A DNA stretch of 64,000 nucleotides from Longimicrobiales bacterium (GCA_965197725.1 CBDANQ010000054.1:38823-102822), one strand, 5' to 3'. Counted from the first letter of the stretch, positions 1 to 10,163 are shown. Numbers and translations are program-made. Notes: a model not told the origin generated them from the sequence alone.

Positions 1-297
1 CGCAGCGAGTGTCGCCACGTCACTCCCGTCGACGATGGCGAACGAGCCCAAATCGGCACCCCCCAATACGATCGTGGAGATCGCCAGGGGGCCGCTCCCC
101 GTGTTGCTCAGGGTCACGGTCATGGGGTACGAGTCCCCGAACGCGAGATCGACGGTACCGTAGGCGAGCGTCGATACGCTGATCATGGCATCACCTGAGG
201 ATATCGGCGCGGTGGGCGAGTCGTCGTCGCAGGCCGTAAGCCCGACGACCGTGAGGAGGGCCGCGGTGTATGCGCGGCGAAGCGGTCGAATGTTCAT
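1..297 (-). CDS. Lipoprotein with choice-of-anchor D / ASPM-SPD2-Hydin-like Ig domain (3' end outside window)
   Basis: Not in the ORF track. Hand translation from ATG at 297 gives MNIRPLRRAYTAALLTVVGLTACDDDSPTAP (lipobox LTAC), then ...MTVTLSNTGSGPLAISTI..., open to the window edge. Confidence 0.7.
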   Translation of the reverse strand, partial: MNIRPLRRAYTAALLTVVGLTACDDDSPTAPISSGDAMISVSTLAYGTVDLAFGDSYPMTVTLSNTGSGPLAISTIVLGGADLGSFAIVDGSDVATLAA

Positions 298-339
298 CGG
301 TGAAGTTCTCCGTCTGTTGTAGGCAGTGCCGGTGGTCGG

Positions 340-1080
340 CTAATTGAGGGTGCTGGTGGAGGCCCAAGCGTAGAACGTGTCCGCCTGCCCGATGCCGAGG
401 GCAGACGCGATCGCGCTCTTGGGTAGCTGCACGACGATCGCGAGCACGTTCGCACCGGCGAGGTCGTCCACGCCTGGATCGGCGAATGCCAGAGTTTGCT
501 CGTCGGGGCTCCCAACCAGCTCGCCCAGCACGCCTGTGAACGCGGCGTTCAGGACGCTGGTCAGGCTCTGGTCTCCGAAGAGATCGATGAAGAACGGGTC
601 GTCCCGAGGCCCCGTGAACACGGTCATCCCATTCCCCGAGAACATGGTGTTGAAGGCACCGCGCACGGACGCGCCGCTCACGAGCGCGTTTGCACTCGTG
701 CCCACGGCCGTCGGTACGAACGGCCCGCGCACGTCCACCATCTGACTTGTACCGGTGCCGGAGAACACCACCTGGATCACGGCGTCTTCAACGCCGTCGC
801 GCTCGACGTCGAGCTTGAACTGGTAGAGCCCCTCGGGGTTGAACGCGGCACCGTCGGTAGCGGCACCGGGGGTCAGGAGCGGGCTGACGGTCATGGCGAA
901 GACCATCTCGTCGCCCTGGCTGAAGACGTACAGGTCGTTCACGTCGAGGTTGCCCTCGGTCGTGTCCGGCGAGTCCGCGTGGTCGGCGGCCCGCAGCGAG
1001 ATCACCGCGGGAACGCCGATCATCGCCAGCACGGTGATGACCACGCGGATGCGGCGTGGGAGCTTGGGAAATCCGATCAT
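340..1080 (-). CDS. DUF4331 family secreted protein
   Basis: Signal peptide followed by ADHADSP, DVNDLYVF and GPRDDPFFIDL motifs. Start moved to MIGFPK. Confidence 0.8.
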   Translation of the reverse strand: MIGFPKLPRRIRVVITVLAMIGVPAVISLRAADHADSPDTTEGNLDVNDLYVFSQGDEMVFAMTVSPLLTPGAATDGAAFNPEGLYQFKLDVERDGVEDAVIQVVFSGTGTSQMVDVRGPFVPTAVGTSANALVSGASVRGAFNTMFSGNGMTVFTGPRDDPFFIDLFGDQSLTSVLNAAFTGVLGELVGSPDEQTLAFADPGVDDLAGANVLAIVVQLPKSAIASALGIGQADTFYAWASTSTLN

Positions 1081-1186
1081 GATTCGAGCCCTTACTAGGG
1101 TGAAAGTCCGAAGGGCGTAGAGCCCTTTCAGGTCTCTACGCCCTTCGGTCCGGATCGGATTGGTGCCTCGGGAACAGGCCCGGCCG

Positions 1187-1982
1187 CTAGTCTCCTCCGC
1201 TCCAGGTGCCAACGAGGAACGGTGTGCTCGTCGGCTGCGGAGAACCACCGGCGGGCTCCTCCGTGACCGCACCCAACGCGAAATCGCTGCCCGGCGGCAC
1301 CGGCCGCGACACCCTCGCGCTACCGTCGGCCAGCGTCTGGAAGAGCCCGAGGCTCACGGGATTGGCGCCGTCCGGGATGCCCCACAGCTGATAGGTACGG
1401 CCCGCCGGAGCGGGGGGCAGGTCGAATGCGGTGATAAAGACCATGCTCGTGCCAGTGTTCCAGAACAGCCGTGCAGAGGGCGGTTGGTCGGTCGCGGAAA
1501 GCGCGGCGGTACGCACGTTCGGGCCGGCGAGGGTGGCGAGAAGCACGTCGCGCTCGGCGAGCAACTGGCTGAGGCGCTTCGTTCTGCTCCCTCAGCGCCG
1601 CGACATCAGCATCGAGTCCCAGGTTGACCTGCTGGGAGCCCCGGTACGCGACTCCGAAACCGAGCGCGCCGGCGAGACCGGCGGCCGCCGCGAGCCACGC
1701 AAGAGCCGCGAGCCCTCCCCGGCCGCCCGGTGGACGACCACGCGCCGACCGGATCGGGACTTCGGAACGTGCCTCCTCTAGGATCCGGTCGCGTAGCCCC
1801 CCCGGCGGCGCGTGCTCCGGGACAGCCTCGGCGAGACCGGCTACGACCTCCTCGTAGGCAGCGACCTCGCCGCGGAGCTCATCGTCGGCGGTGAGCACCT
1901 TCGTAAACGCCTCGCGCTCGTCGGCGTCGAGCGCGCCCAGCACATAGGCGGCGACCAGCCCACGCAGCTCTTCGCGGCTCAT
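1187..1982 (-). CDS. rskA: Anti-sigma factor, RskA family (one frameshift near 1578)
   Basis: N-terminal AAYVLGALDADER and TM helix in ORF 1320..1982. C-terminal LPPAPAGRTYQLW...VTEEPAGGSPQPT in ORF 1187..1564. Confidence 0.8.
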
Positions 1983-2579
1983 GTCGGTCCCCCCGCCGGC
2001 CCTGCCAGCGCGGTGCGTAGCTTACTCATCCCGTCGCGGATGCGAGTCTTTACGGTCCCCAGAGGAGTCGCGGTCTGCTCCGCGATCTCGCTGTGAGTGT
2101 AGCCCCTGAAGAACGCGAGTGTGATGGCGTGGCGCTGTTCCGCGGGCAGGGCGGCCAGCGCCTCTCGGGCAAGTGCACCTCTCTGTCGCCGCTCCATCTG
2201 TGAGTCGGGTGACTCCGACGATCCCACCGCCAGTGCGAATCCGATGCCCTCCGGATCCCGGCTGGCGGCATCTCCCTCCGCCCTCTGGCGCCGCCGTTCG
2301 GCGCGAATCTTGTCGAGCGCGCGGCTCCTGGTGATCACGGCGAGGTATGCGCCCGGAGCCACGGTTTCGGTCGTGCCCGCGCGACTTCCACAACTGCAAG
2401 AACGCATCTGCCACGACCTCCTCGGCATCGGCCGGCTCCTTCACGATCGAGCACGCGAGCGAGTACATGACCGCCCCGTGGCGGTCGTACAATGCCCCGA
2501 GAGCCCGGTCGTCTCCGCGAGCGACCCGATCCAGGATTTCCTGATCGGCGTCCGAGTCCATCGTGGCGCTGGGTCCCAC
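1979..2579 (-). CDS. ECF RNA polymerase sigma factor, SigK-like (one frameshift near 2354)
   Basis: Region 2 LYDRHG...AEEVVADAFLQLW in one frame and region 4 YTHSEIAEQTATPLGTVKTRIRDG in another. ATGA overlap with the anti-sigma gene. Confidence 0.85.
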
Positions 2580-2776
2580 CTGCCATCCTGTCGAAGAGCG
2601 ATCGATCCGGCCGACAATGATCCCTTGGGGGGCGTTGGGGCAAGCCCGTCGTGCCCAGCCAGCTTCGAGAGCACCCGTCGGACCCGAGTCACTTCGGAGG
2701 CATGAACGTCACCATGACTACGACGCGGAGCCGGCGACGGATTGCGCGGGCGGCGGAACCTGACCTTGATTTTCAT

Positions 2777-2856
2777 TAGGGCCGTACCCACTCCGATAGG
2801 GTCGTACCCACTCCGATAGGGTCGTACCCACTCCGATAGGGCCGTACCCACTTCGA
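2777..2856. repeat. Tandem repeat, 4 x 20 bp (TAGGGYCGTACCCACTYCGA)
   Basis: Four contiguous copies at 2777, 2797, 2817 and 2837, with no spacers. Confidence 0.95.
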
Positions 2857-3045
2857 GCAGCGCGGACGCCATGGCGTGAGGGCGGCGCCCTCCCGGAGTG
2901 GCGCCGCGACGGCCTGCCTGTGAGCGCAGAAGAGCCTGAGCGCGACCGTGGATGGCGGCCGTACTTCTCCGCTACCGTACTCAACACGTCGTATGTGCGG
3001 CGTAAACGCAACGCTCATTGACCCCGCCGACAACAAAACCCTACA

Positions 3046-3363
3046 TTGGCGAGTGACCCCCCAGTGAATGCTCGCTCTTGCACCCGGGGGCACTTCCGTG
3101 GCTACGATCTCCTTGAAGGACCGGACCGATTTCCTGGTACGTGCGGCCCGGCAGGAACCGCGGTGGTCACGAGTGCCGACGCGAAGACGTTCTGTGGCAA
3201 CACCGTCTCCGGCAACGGAGTCATGGTCGGCGCGGCGCTCTCCTTGCGACCCATCGGTGATGAACTGGGCTTGAATCTCGACTACTCGTGGAACCGTTTC
3301 GGCCCGGACGAGGCGCGTCAGTTCCACGCGCTGACACTCGGTTTCCGGTGGACGCCCGGGTAG
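3046..3363 (+). pseudogene. Probable C-terminal remnant of an outer-membrane beta-barrel protein
   Basis: Alternating beta-strand pattern LGLNLDYSWNRF...FHALTLGFRWTPG. No signal peptide or credible start. Confidence 0.4.
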
Positions 3364-3456
3364 CCGCCGCGCTAGACGGGTTCTTTCCAGGTGCCAGTGT
3401 TTTGGCGATCATCGGGAGAAGTGAACGAGTGATGTGACTCTTGATGGGGCAACGCC

Positions 3457-4365
3457 GTGATCGATGCGCTGATTGGGCGCACGCCGGTGGTTAGGCTGGA
3501 GCGGGTCGTCGAGCCCGACTCCGCCGAGGTTTGGGTCAAGCTGGAGGGCATGAACCCCGGCAGCTCCATCAAGGATCGGCCGGCGCTCGCGATGGTCCTC
3601 GACGCGGAAGAGAAGGGACTCCTCTCCCCCGGTGCCACGATCGTGGAGCCCACGTCCGGCAACACGGGCATTGGCTTGGCACAGGTCGCCGCCGCGCGAG
3701 GATATAAGCTCGTCCTGTGCCTTCCGTCCTCGATGAGCACGGAGCGCAAGCGCACGCTTGGTGCCTACGGTGCCGAGCTCGTGCTCACCGATCCGGAGCT
3801 GCGCATGATCGCCGCGATCGAGGAGGCGGAGCGGATCCATGACGAGACGGGAGCGTTCCTACCGAACCAGTTTTCCAACCCAGCCAATCCGAGAAGCCAC
3901 TACGAGACCACCGCCCCTGAGCTCTGGGAAGGGCTGGACGGACGGATCGATGCCTTCGTCTACGGAAGCGGTACCGGAGGCACGATCTCAGGCGTCGGAA
4001 AGTTCCTGAAGGAGCGCCTCGATGACGTGCTGATCGTCGTTGTCGAGCCTGCGAGGAGCGCGGTCATTTCCGGAGAGCCCCGCGGCCAGCACAAGTTCCA
4101 AGGAATGGGGCCCGGATTCATCCCGCTGAACCTCGACGAGACCGTCACCGATCGGGTCGAGAAGGCCCTCGAGGAGGACGCCTTCCCCCTGGCTCGTCGA
4201 CTGGCGCTCGAGGAAGGGCTCTTCGTGGGAATGAGCAGCGGCGCTATCATCTGGACAGCGCTGAAGATCGCGCGCGAGTTGGGACCGGGGCACCGCGTCG
4301 CATGCATCGCGCCGGACTCGGGGAGCCGGTATTTGACGACGGAGTTGTTTGACGACGATCAATAG
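3457..4365 (+). CDS. cysK: Cysteine synthase A
   Basis: KLEGMNPGSSIKDR PLP lysine, EPTSGNTGIGLA, GSGTGGT, HKFQGMG. Confidence 0.95.
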   Translation: MIDALIGRTPVVRLERVVEPDSAEVWVKLEGMNPGSSIKDRPALAMVLDAEEKGLLSPGATIVEPTSGNTGIGLAQVAAARGYKLVLCLPSSMSTERKRTLGAYGAELVLTDPELRMIAAIEEAERIHDETGAFLPNQFSNPANPRSHYETTAPELWEGLDGRIDAFVYGSGTGGTISGVGKFLKERLDDVLIVVVEPARSAVISGEPRGQHKFQGMGPGFIPLNLDETVTDRVEKALEEDAFPLARRLALEEGLFVGMSSGAIIWTALKIARELGPGHRVACIAPDSGSRYLTTELFDDDQ

Positions 4366-4367
4366 GG

Positions 4368-4397
4368 TTGCAGAATAGAAATGCATTTCTAATATGC
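4368..4397 (+). promoter_or_regulatory. Candidate sigma70 promoter with palindromic operator
   Basis: TTGCAG-16 nt-TAATAT overlapping the perfect 16-bp palindrome TAGAAATGCATTTCTA (4376-4391). AT-rich island in GC-rich DNA. Confidence 0.55.
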
Positions 4398-4539
4398 GGA
4401 ACGTGTCGGAAAGCGGATCGTAGCGGAGTCTGCGCCTAGCGTTGGCGCACGCGACGCTCACGATCCATGTTGCTAGGATCGCAGGCTGCGGCGGCGCCGT
4501 GGCCACGTCGAAAGAACGGCTGTTTGCCAGGGAGATACC

Positions 4540-5691
4540 ATGTCATCGCCACGAGTCCTGATGTTCACGCTTTTCGCATGCGGTGCCACGCTAGTGACGG
4601 GGTGCGCCACCGAGTCCGGGGCACCGGCGGCCATGGCCGCGGGCAACACGATCACCGGTGAGGGGCTGCCGAACCCGAATCCGACCGTGATAGAGAACTG
4701 GGGCGAGCTGCCCGAAGGAAGGGAGTGGGGCTCGACCGCCGGGATCGACATCGACCCGTTCGACGGCCACATCTGGGCCTACGAGCGGTGCGGCGCCAGC
4801 AGCTTCGGCTCAGGCACGCCGGTCAACTGCGACAACAACCCCGTGGACCCGGTCTTCAAGTTTGATCGGAACACCGGGGAGGTGCTCGCAAACTTCGGCG
4901 CGGGACTCTTCGTGACACCGCACGGAATCCATGTGGACAGCGACGGCAACGTGTGGGTGACCGACTTCGCGGTGAACCAGGCCGGGACCAAGGGCCATCA
5001 GGTCTTCAAGTTCAGTCCCACAGGCGAGGTTCTACTGACGCTCGGCACCGCGGGCCAGGGCGGAAGCGGGCCGAACCAGCTGAACCAGCCGAACGACGTG
5101 ATCACCGCGCCGGACGGAAGTATCTTCGTCGGCGATGGGCACAGCGGTCAGGGCATGACCACCAGACAGGCTATGGAAGCCGGACGTGAATCGGGCCGGA
5201 CCGGTCGCATCCTCAAGTACTCAGCCGACGGCACGTTCATCAAAGAGTGGGGCCAAATCGGCACGCTGCACGGAGAGTTTCGCACGCCGCACGCGTTGGC
5301 GTTCGACTCGCAAGGCCGCCTCTTGGTCGCGGATCGTGGCAACCACCGCATCGAGATCTTCGACCAGGAAGGCAACTACCTCGACTCGCGGTATGCGTAC
5401 GGGCGCATCAGCGGGCTCTTCATCACCGAGGACGACATTCTGTACGCGATCGACTCCGAGTCGAGCATGACCAGCCATCAGAATTGGGTGAATGGAGTCC
5501 GCATCGGACACATCGATGAGGATCGGATCACGGCGTTCATCCCGCCGTTCCCCGCGGACAACCGGCCCTATCAGGGAGCGGCCGGCGAGGGCGTGGCAGT
5601 CGACGCGGACGGGAATGTGTTCGCCGCGGAGGGCCCGAATTCGCTGCGGTTTGCGGGAGGGGCACTGACGAAGTACGTGGCAGGAAGGTGA
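4540..5691 (+). CDS. Secreted NHL-repeat beta-propeller lipoprotein (peptidylglycine lyase-like)
   Basis: Lipobox VTGC. Repeats FVTPHGIHVD, LNQPNDV, FRTPHALAFD...ADRGNHRI. Confidence 0.8.
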   Translation: MSSPRVLMFTLFACGATLVTGCATESGAPAAMAAGNTITGEGLPNPNPTVIENWGELPEGREWGSTAGIDIDPFDGHIWAYERCGASSFGSGTPVNCDNNPVDPVFKFDRNTGEVLANFGAGLFVTPHGIHVDSDGNVWVTDFAVNQAGTKGHQVFKFSPTGEVLLTLGTAGQGGSGPNQLNQPNDVITAPDGSIFVGDGHSGQGMTTRQAMEAGRESGRTGRILKYSADGTFIKEWGQIGTLHGEFRTPHALAFDSQGRLLVADRGNHRIEIFDQEGNYLDSRYAYGRISGLFITEDDILYAIDSESSMTSHQNWVNGVRIGHIDEDRITAFIPPFPADNRPYQGAAGEGVAVDADGNVFAAEGPNSLRFAGGALTKYVAGR

Positions 5692-5867
5692 GCCTGGGGG
5701 CGGTGGTTTAGCCCGCGATTCGCCAGGGCCGACAGCGTACAACGGAGCCCATCCCCCGACCCTGGCACACACGAGACAGACCGTCTACTTTGCTCGTGCG
5801 CGATGTCGCGTACCTCGAAGCTATGTCCCACCGCAGCGTCGCGGATGTCGTCAAGGAGCACGACTCG

Positions 5868-6479
5868 ATGCCAGACGAACGCATCGTCCGACTGATCACG
5901 ACGCTCGCTGGACTGTTCGCCCTTCTGACGCTCGCGGCGGCGGATGTGACCGCCCAGCGGACTGACCGCTCCTTCCGAGCTGTCCTTTCCGTCGTACCGC
6001 TGACCGGCCCCCCGGGCACGCAGATCTCGGTCAGCTCACAGAACCTCCCATACACCGCACAAGTGCAGATTGCGGTCGGGAGGCTCCGCGCGGGATTCGA
6101 GACGGTCGGACAAGCAGCCCGGGGAGAGTTGGGAGAAATCAGCACGTCTGTCCAGATCCCGGCGGACGCGATCTGGGACCGGCCACTGTACGTGGTCGCG
6201 CTTAACGACATGTTCATGCCGATCGGCACCTCCGATCCGTTCCACGTCACGGACGCCAACGGCATGATTAGGCGCAGGGGGCGAGTCACGGACGAGGGAG
6301 GATCGTGTCTCACCCTGCGAGACCAGGATGATCTGCTTTATTCTCTCACCGGCGAGCTCGGGACCCTCCGACCCGGCGACGAGGTGGTGGTGGACGGTAC
6401 GTACGCGGGAGCGAGCAGCTGTCGGGACGGCAGCACCATCGGGGTAACGCGCACCGTGGCGAGGGAATCCGCCAGGTAG
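5868..6479 (+). CDS. Secreted hypothetical protein
   Basis: AAGGAG RBS before ATG 5868, hydrophobic signal peptide, C-terminal domain with two Cys. Confidence 0.6.
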   Translation: MPDERIVRLITTLAGLFALLTLAAADVTAQRTDRSFRAVLSVVPLTGPPGTQISVSSQNLPYTAQVQIAVGRLRAGFETVGQAARGELGEISTSVQIPADAIWDRPLYVVALNDMFMPIGTSDPFHVTDANGMIRRRGRVTDEGGSCLTLRDQDDLLYSLTGELGTLRPGDEVVVDGTYAGASSCRDGSTIGVTRTVARESAR

Positions 6480-6582
6480 TTGGCGAGCGCACCGCGATCG
6501 CCCTGCCTCCGGCCACGATGTCGGCGCACTATCGGGGGAGTTCGAGGGTGGATGGACTCGGGACTCAACTCGCGGACCGCTG

Positions 6583-7083
6583 ATGGCCAAGAAAGCCTCG
6601 TTCGACATCACCACCGGCGTCGATCTGCAGGAGGTCGACAACGCCGTGAACATGGTGAGCAAGGAGATCGCGACGCGATACGACTTCAAGGGCGCGAGCT
6701 GCACCCTCGAGTTCGATCGAGCCGCCGCGGCGGTCCGGCTCGATGCCGACGACGCACACCGGATGCAGGCTCTGCTGGGAGTGCTCCGCGAGAAGCTCGC
6801 GAGCCGCAAGGTGCCGTTGAAGAACATAGACGAGGGCAAGATCGACATGGGGTCGCTCGGCCGCGCGCGCGTGACCGTGGGGCTCAAGCAGGGGATCGAT
6901 CACGAGACCGCGAAGAAGATCTCAAGGGACATCCGAGACCACGGATTCAAAAAGGTCCAGGTCTCGATTCAGGGTGACGAGCTCCGCGTGACCTCGGGCT
7001 CCCGCGATACGCTGCAGGAGGTGATGGCGTTCGTTCGCGGTATGGACTACCGCATGGAGCTGTCGTTCGGGAACTATCGCTAG
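6583..7083 (+). CDS. yajQ: YajQ family cyclic di-GMP/nucleotide-binding protein
   Basis: SFDI...DLQEVDNAV...TRYDFKG, IQGDELRVT...RDTLQ, FGNYR terminus. Confidence 0.95.
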   Translation: MAKKASFDITTGVDLQEVDNAVNMVSKEIATRYDFKGASCTLEFDRAAAAVRLDADDAHRMQALLGVLREKLASRKVPLKNIDEGKIDMGSLGRARVTVGLKQGIDHETAKKISRDIRDHGFKKVQVSIQGDELRVTSGSRDTLQEVMAFVRGMDYRMELSFGNYR

Positions 7084-7107
7084 CGCCCCGAACCCGGTAG
7101 CGCCCGG

Positions 7108-8628
7108 CTATTGGCCGTCTACTGGTGACACGGCCTCCATCAGCATCTCAAAGGCTGCGTTGAGTGCGCGTCCGCCGGCACGACTCCCGCTGTACTTGCC
7201 CAGACGCACAACCACCAGGGCGTGCGTCGGAATGATGGTCGTGCTCTGGCCACCCGCGCCACGCATGCCGAAGGCACTCGTCGGGAGCGGCCAGCCTCCA
7301 TCGCCGTTCACCCACATGAACGCGCCTCCGTACCGAGGCCTTCCGTCTGCGACCCAGCTAGGCGCGAGCGTGCGAGCATACTCCACGTATCCGTCAGGCA
7401 AAATGCGCTGTCCGTTCCACATGCCATCCTGTAGATACAGGTTCGCTAGCCGCGCCCAATCGCGAGCCGGCAAGTACTCGTAGCCATGGGCCAGGAAGTT
7501 GCCGTAGGGATCGGTCTCCAGGATCGCGTCGCGGATTCCGATCTTGTCGAAGAGGTTGCGCTGCGGGAACGAGTGGTAGTCCTCCCGCCGACCTTCGACG
7601 GCCAAACGGATCAGGTAGTTGGTCAACACCGGATCACTGTTTCGGTACCGCCCCACCGTATTCGGCTCCCACTCCTGTGGTCGCGTCGCGGCCCACGCGA
7701 AGGAGTTCACCGTCCCGGTGTAGAAGTACACGTGGTCGGGATACCCGAGCGCTGCGTCGAAGTCTGGGTCCTGCGGCGCCCGGATGCGCAGGCCGGACGA
7801 CATGCGCATGATGTCGCCGATCCGGATCGTCCGGCGCGGATCGCCTTCGGACTGCCACTCGGGGACCGGTGCGGACTGCCACAGTTCGTAGACGCCCTGC
7901 TGAATGAGCACACCCATCAGCGAGCCGGTCAGACTCTTGCCCATCGACCAGCTCTCGAGCGGGGTGTGGATGTCGACCCCCTCGCCGTAGCGCTCCCCGA
8001 GGATGCGGCCTTTGTAGGTTACGACGAGACCGAGCGTCATCGCCTCCACAGGTCCGAACGCGGTGTCCAGCGCTTGGTCGATCTTCGCCATGTCGACTTC
8101 GTCCGGCCACGGCTCGTCGGAGATCATGTCGCCCATGGGCCACGACGTGGTCGCGGCTGGTGGAAGCTTCCGCGCTACGTCGGTCGGAGTGAAGTGGACC
8201 GAGTCCTCACCGATCGGCGACGTCACGCAGCCCTGGTTCTTGTACTTCTTCGCGGTGCGGGTGACGCCGTCGGGAAGAGTGAGCGAGACGCGCTGCGACG
8301 AGAAGTCGACGACCGTGTCGACCACGTGCGCCCGCTCACTGAACGGGCTCGTAAAACCACCCACGTTGGCCGCCACGTCTGCCGGATAGAGCCCCGTGAT
8401 GAAGACGCCGGAGCAGAGAATCTTCGCGAAGCCGGACGTGTGGTGGTGCAGGGCCTCTCCGGGCGGAGGACTGTACTCGGTGTCGAGCTCGAGTGCCGTG
8501 GCGCGGGCGATCAGTCCCGCAGCGGACCCATCCGAAACCGGAATCTCTGGCGCGTCCGCCGAGTCGCAAGCCGCCGAGAAACAAACGGTAAATGCGGCCA
8601 GCGTCGCGGCCACATGTGAGTGGTGCAA
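7108..8628 (-). CDS. Serine hydrolase, beta-lactamase class C-like lipoprotein
   Basis: SWSMGKS (SxxK), YRN, GAGGQ motifs. AAAGGAGG RBS before TTG 8628. Lipobox SAAC. Confidence 0.85.
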   Translation of the reverse strand: MHHSHVAATLAAFTVCFSAACDSADAPEIPVSDGSAAGLIARATALELDTEYSPPPGEALHHHTSGFAKILCSGVFITGLYPADVAANVGGFTSPFSERAHVVDTVVDFSSQRVSLTLPDGVTRTAKKYKNQGCVTSPIGEDSVHFTPTDVARKLPPAATTSWPMGDMISDEPWPDEVDMAKIDQALDTAFGPVEAMTLGLVVTYKGRILGERYGEGVDIHTPLESWSMGKSLTGSLMGVLIQQGVYELWQSAPVPEWQSEGDPRRTIRIGDIMRMSSGLRIRAPQDPDFDAALGYPDHVYFYTGTVNSFAWAATRPQEWEPNTVGRYRNSDPVLTNYLIRLAVEGRREDYHSFPQRNLFDKIGIRDAILETDPYGNFLAHGYEYLPARDWARLANLYLQDGMWNGQRILPDGYVEYARTLAPSWVADGRPRYGGAFMWVNGDGGWPLPTSAFGMRGAGGQSTTIIPTHALVVVRLGKYSGSRAGGRALNAAFEMLMEAVSPVDGQ

Positions 8629-9322
8629 CTGGATCCTCCTTTCGTGACGGCTCGACCCGGCAACCTGGGTCGCTCCGCTGAGCCGGGCAAGCCCGGAGCC
8701 ATTGAGCCTCTCGGACGACGCCCGCGCCCCGGGTGACGTCGGCCACGGCGCCTCGAAACGTGTCGAGTGCGGAGGCCGGGACACCACACGAGTACCGTAC
8801 CTCCGCTCCGTACTCCTCGGCTTCAACCGTGACGTCCGACTCTTCCATCAGCCGCCGTAGCCCATCGACGTCCGCGTAGGTGACGGTTACCTCCACGAAG
8901 ACTCGCTCCATCTTGTGCTCGACGGGCATAGAATCCAACAACAGCTTCACCCCGCCTGAGTAGGCCCTGGAGAGCCCCCCGGTGCCGAGCTTCACGCCTC
9001 CGAAATGGCGCGTGCCCACCGCGACGATCTCGCCAATGCCTCCGTGAAGGAGCGCCGTGAGCATGGGACGCCCGCCCGTGCCGTGTGGCTCACCGTCGTC
9101 GCTCATGGCGACGTGGGCCGTGCTGCCGGGAGGACCGGCGACCAAGGCCCAACAGTTGTGGGTAGCGTCTGGAAAGTCGTCGCGGACACGCTGGATGAAG
9201 GCGTGCGCAGCGTCCGCGTCGGGAGCATGCGCGCCGGACGTGATGAAGCGGCTCCTCTGGATCGTGTGCTCGACGCGGTGGACCCGCGCCGGGATCGCAT
9301 GTCGAGAGGAGTCGGGCGCCAA
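8336..9322 (-). CDS. yigZ: YigZ/IMPACT family protein (homology ends near 8700; frame stays open to 8336)
   Basis: SRFI, ATHNCWA, SDDGEPHGTGGRPML, RHFGGVKLGTGGL motifs. Confidence 0.85.
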   Translation of the reverse strand: MAPDSSRHAIPARVHRVEHTIQRSRFITSGAHAPDADAAHAFIQRVRDDFPDATHNCWALVAGPPGSTAHVAMSDDGEPHGTGGRPMLTALLHGGIGEIVAVGTRHFGGVKLGTGGLSRAYSGGVKLLLDSMPVEHKMERVFVEVTVTYADVDGLRRLMEESDVTVEAEEYGAEVRYSCGVPASALDTFRGAVADVTRGAGVVREAQWLRACPAQRSDPGCRVEPSRKEDPVAPLTCGRDAGRIYRLFLGGLRLGGRARDSGFGWVRCGTDRPRHGTRARHRVQSSARRGPAPPHVRLREDSLLRRLHHGALSGRRGGQRGWFYEPVQ

Positions 9323-9350
9323 CGCTATCCACCAGGTCGCGCGGGGCGGC

Positions 9351-10136
9351 TCACCCCGCCGACATGCGGTCGAGGAATTGGCGTTCCGAGGCGGTGAGGC
9401 TCGCCGCTCCATCGCCGTCGACCTTGCTCAGCAGGCGCACGACCTCTTCACGGTTCAGCTCGTGCAGCGCGTCGACTGAGATGCCTCTCCATCGGGTCGC
9501 CGCGAGCCGGTCACCCACCATGCCCGTGGCCGTGGCGTTCGGGTTGAGCTTCGTCTGGAAGGCGCGCTGCGCCGCCCCCTTGTTCCACTCCCACCACTTC
9601 AGGAACGCGAATGCGAAGACGAGGCCACCGAGGTGGGCGAAGTGCGCCGTGTTCGACCCCGCCGCCGGGTTGATGCCCGAGTAGAGCGATGCGATTACGA
9701 GGATGGTGGCGAACAACCACGCCTCCACGGGCAGTATCATCCACAGGTAGATCTTCTCCCGCGGCCAGTACATGGCGAAGCCGAGCAGGACTCCGTACAC
9801 GGCGCCCGACGCGCCCAGCACCGCAGCCAGGGGCGAAAAGATCATGCTGAGCAGCGCCCCCCCGATCCCGGAGAGGAAATAGAGCCAAAGAAACGGTTTG
9901 GCTCCGAGCCGGTTCTCGAGACGCGGCCCGAAGAAGTACAGACCGATCATGTTGAAGATCAGATGGCCCATGCCGGCGTGCAGGAACATGTACGTCATCA
10001 ACGACCACGGCCGGATCAGCAGCTCCGGCGCGTACAGGATCATGAGCCGGTTCAACACAGACCCTGACGGCGCCAGGAAGCCCAACGCGATGTTCGCGAT
10101 GAGAAGGCGCTTCACCCACGTCGTCATTGGCATCAT
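9351..10136 (-). CDS. Rhomboid family intramembrane serine protease
   Basis: YMFLHAGMGHLIFNM, GASGAVYG (Ser), AHFAHLGG (His). Confidence 0.92.
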   Translation of the reverse strand: MMPMTTWVKRLLIANIALGFLAPSGSVLNRLMILYAPELLIRPWSLMTYMFLHAGMGHLIFNMIGLYFFGPRLENRLGAKPFLWLYFLSGIGGALLSMIFSPLAAVLGASGAVYGVLLGFAMYWPREKIYLWMILPVEAWLFATILVIASLYSGINPAAGSNTAHFAHLGGLVFAFAFLKWWEWNKGAAQRAFQTKLNPNATATGMVGDRLAATRWRGISVDALHELNREEVVRLLSKVDGDGAASLTASERQFLDRMSAG

Positions 10137-10163
10137 GCGACCCTCTACCCCACCCGACCCTCA

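Noticed and set aside
7108..8628. True beta-lactamase
   Set aside because: Only generic SxxK serine hydrolase motifs are present, with no substrate evidence.
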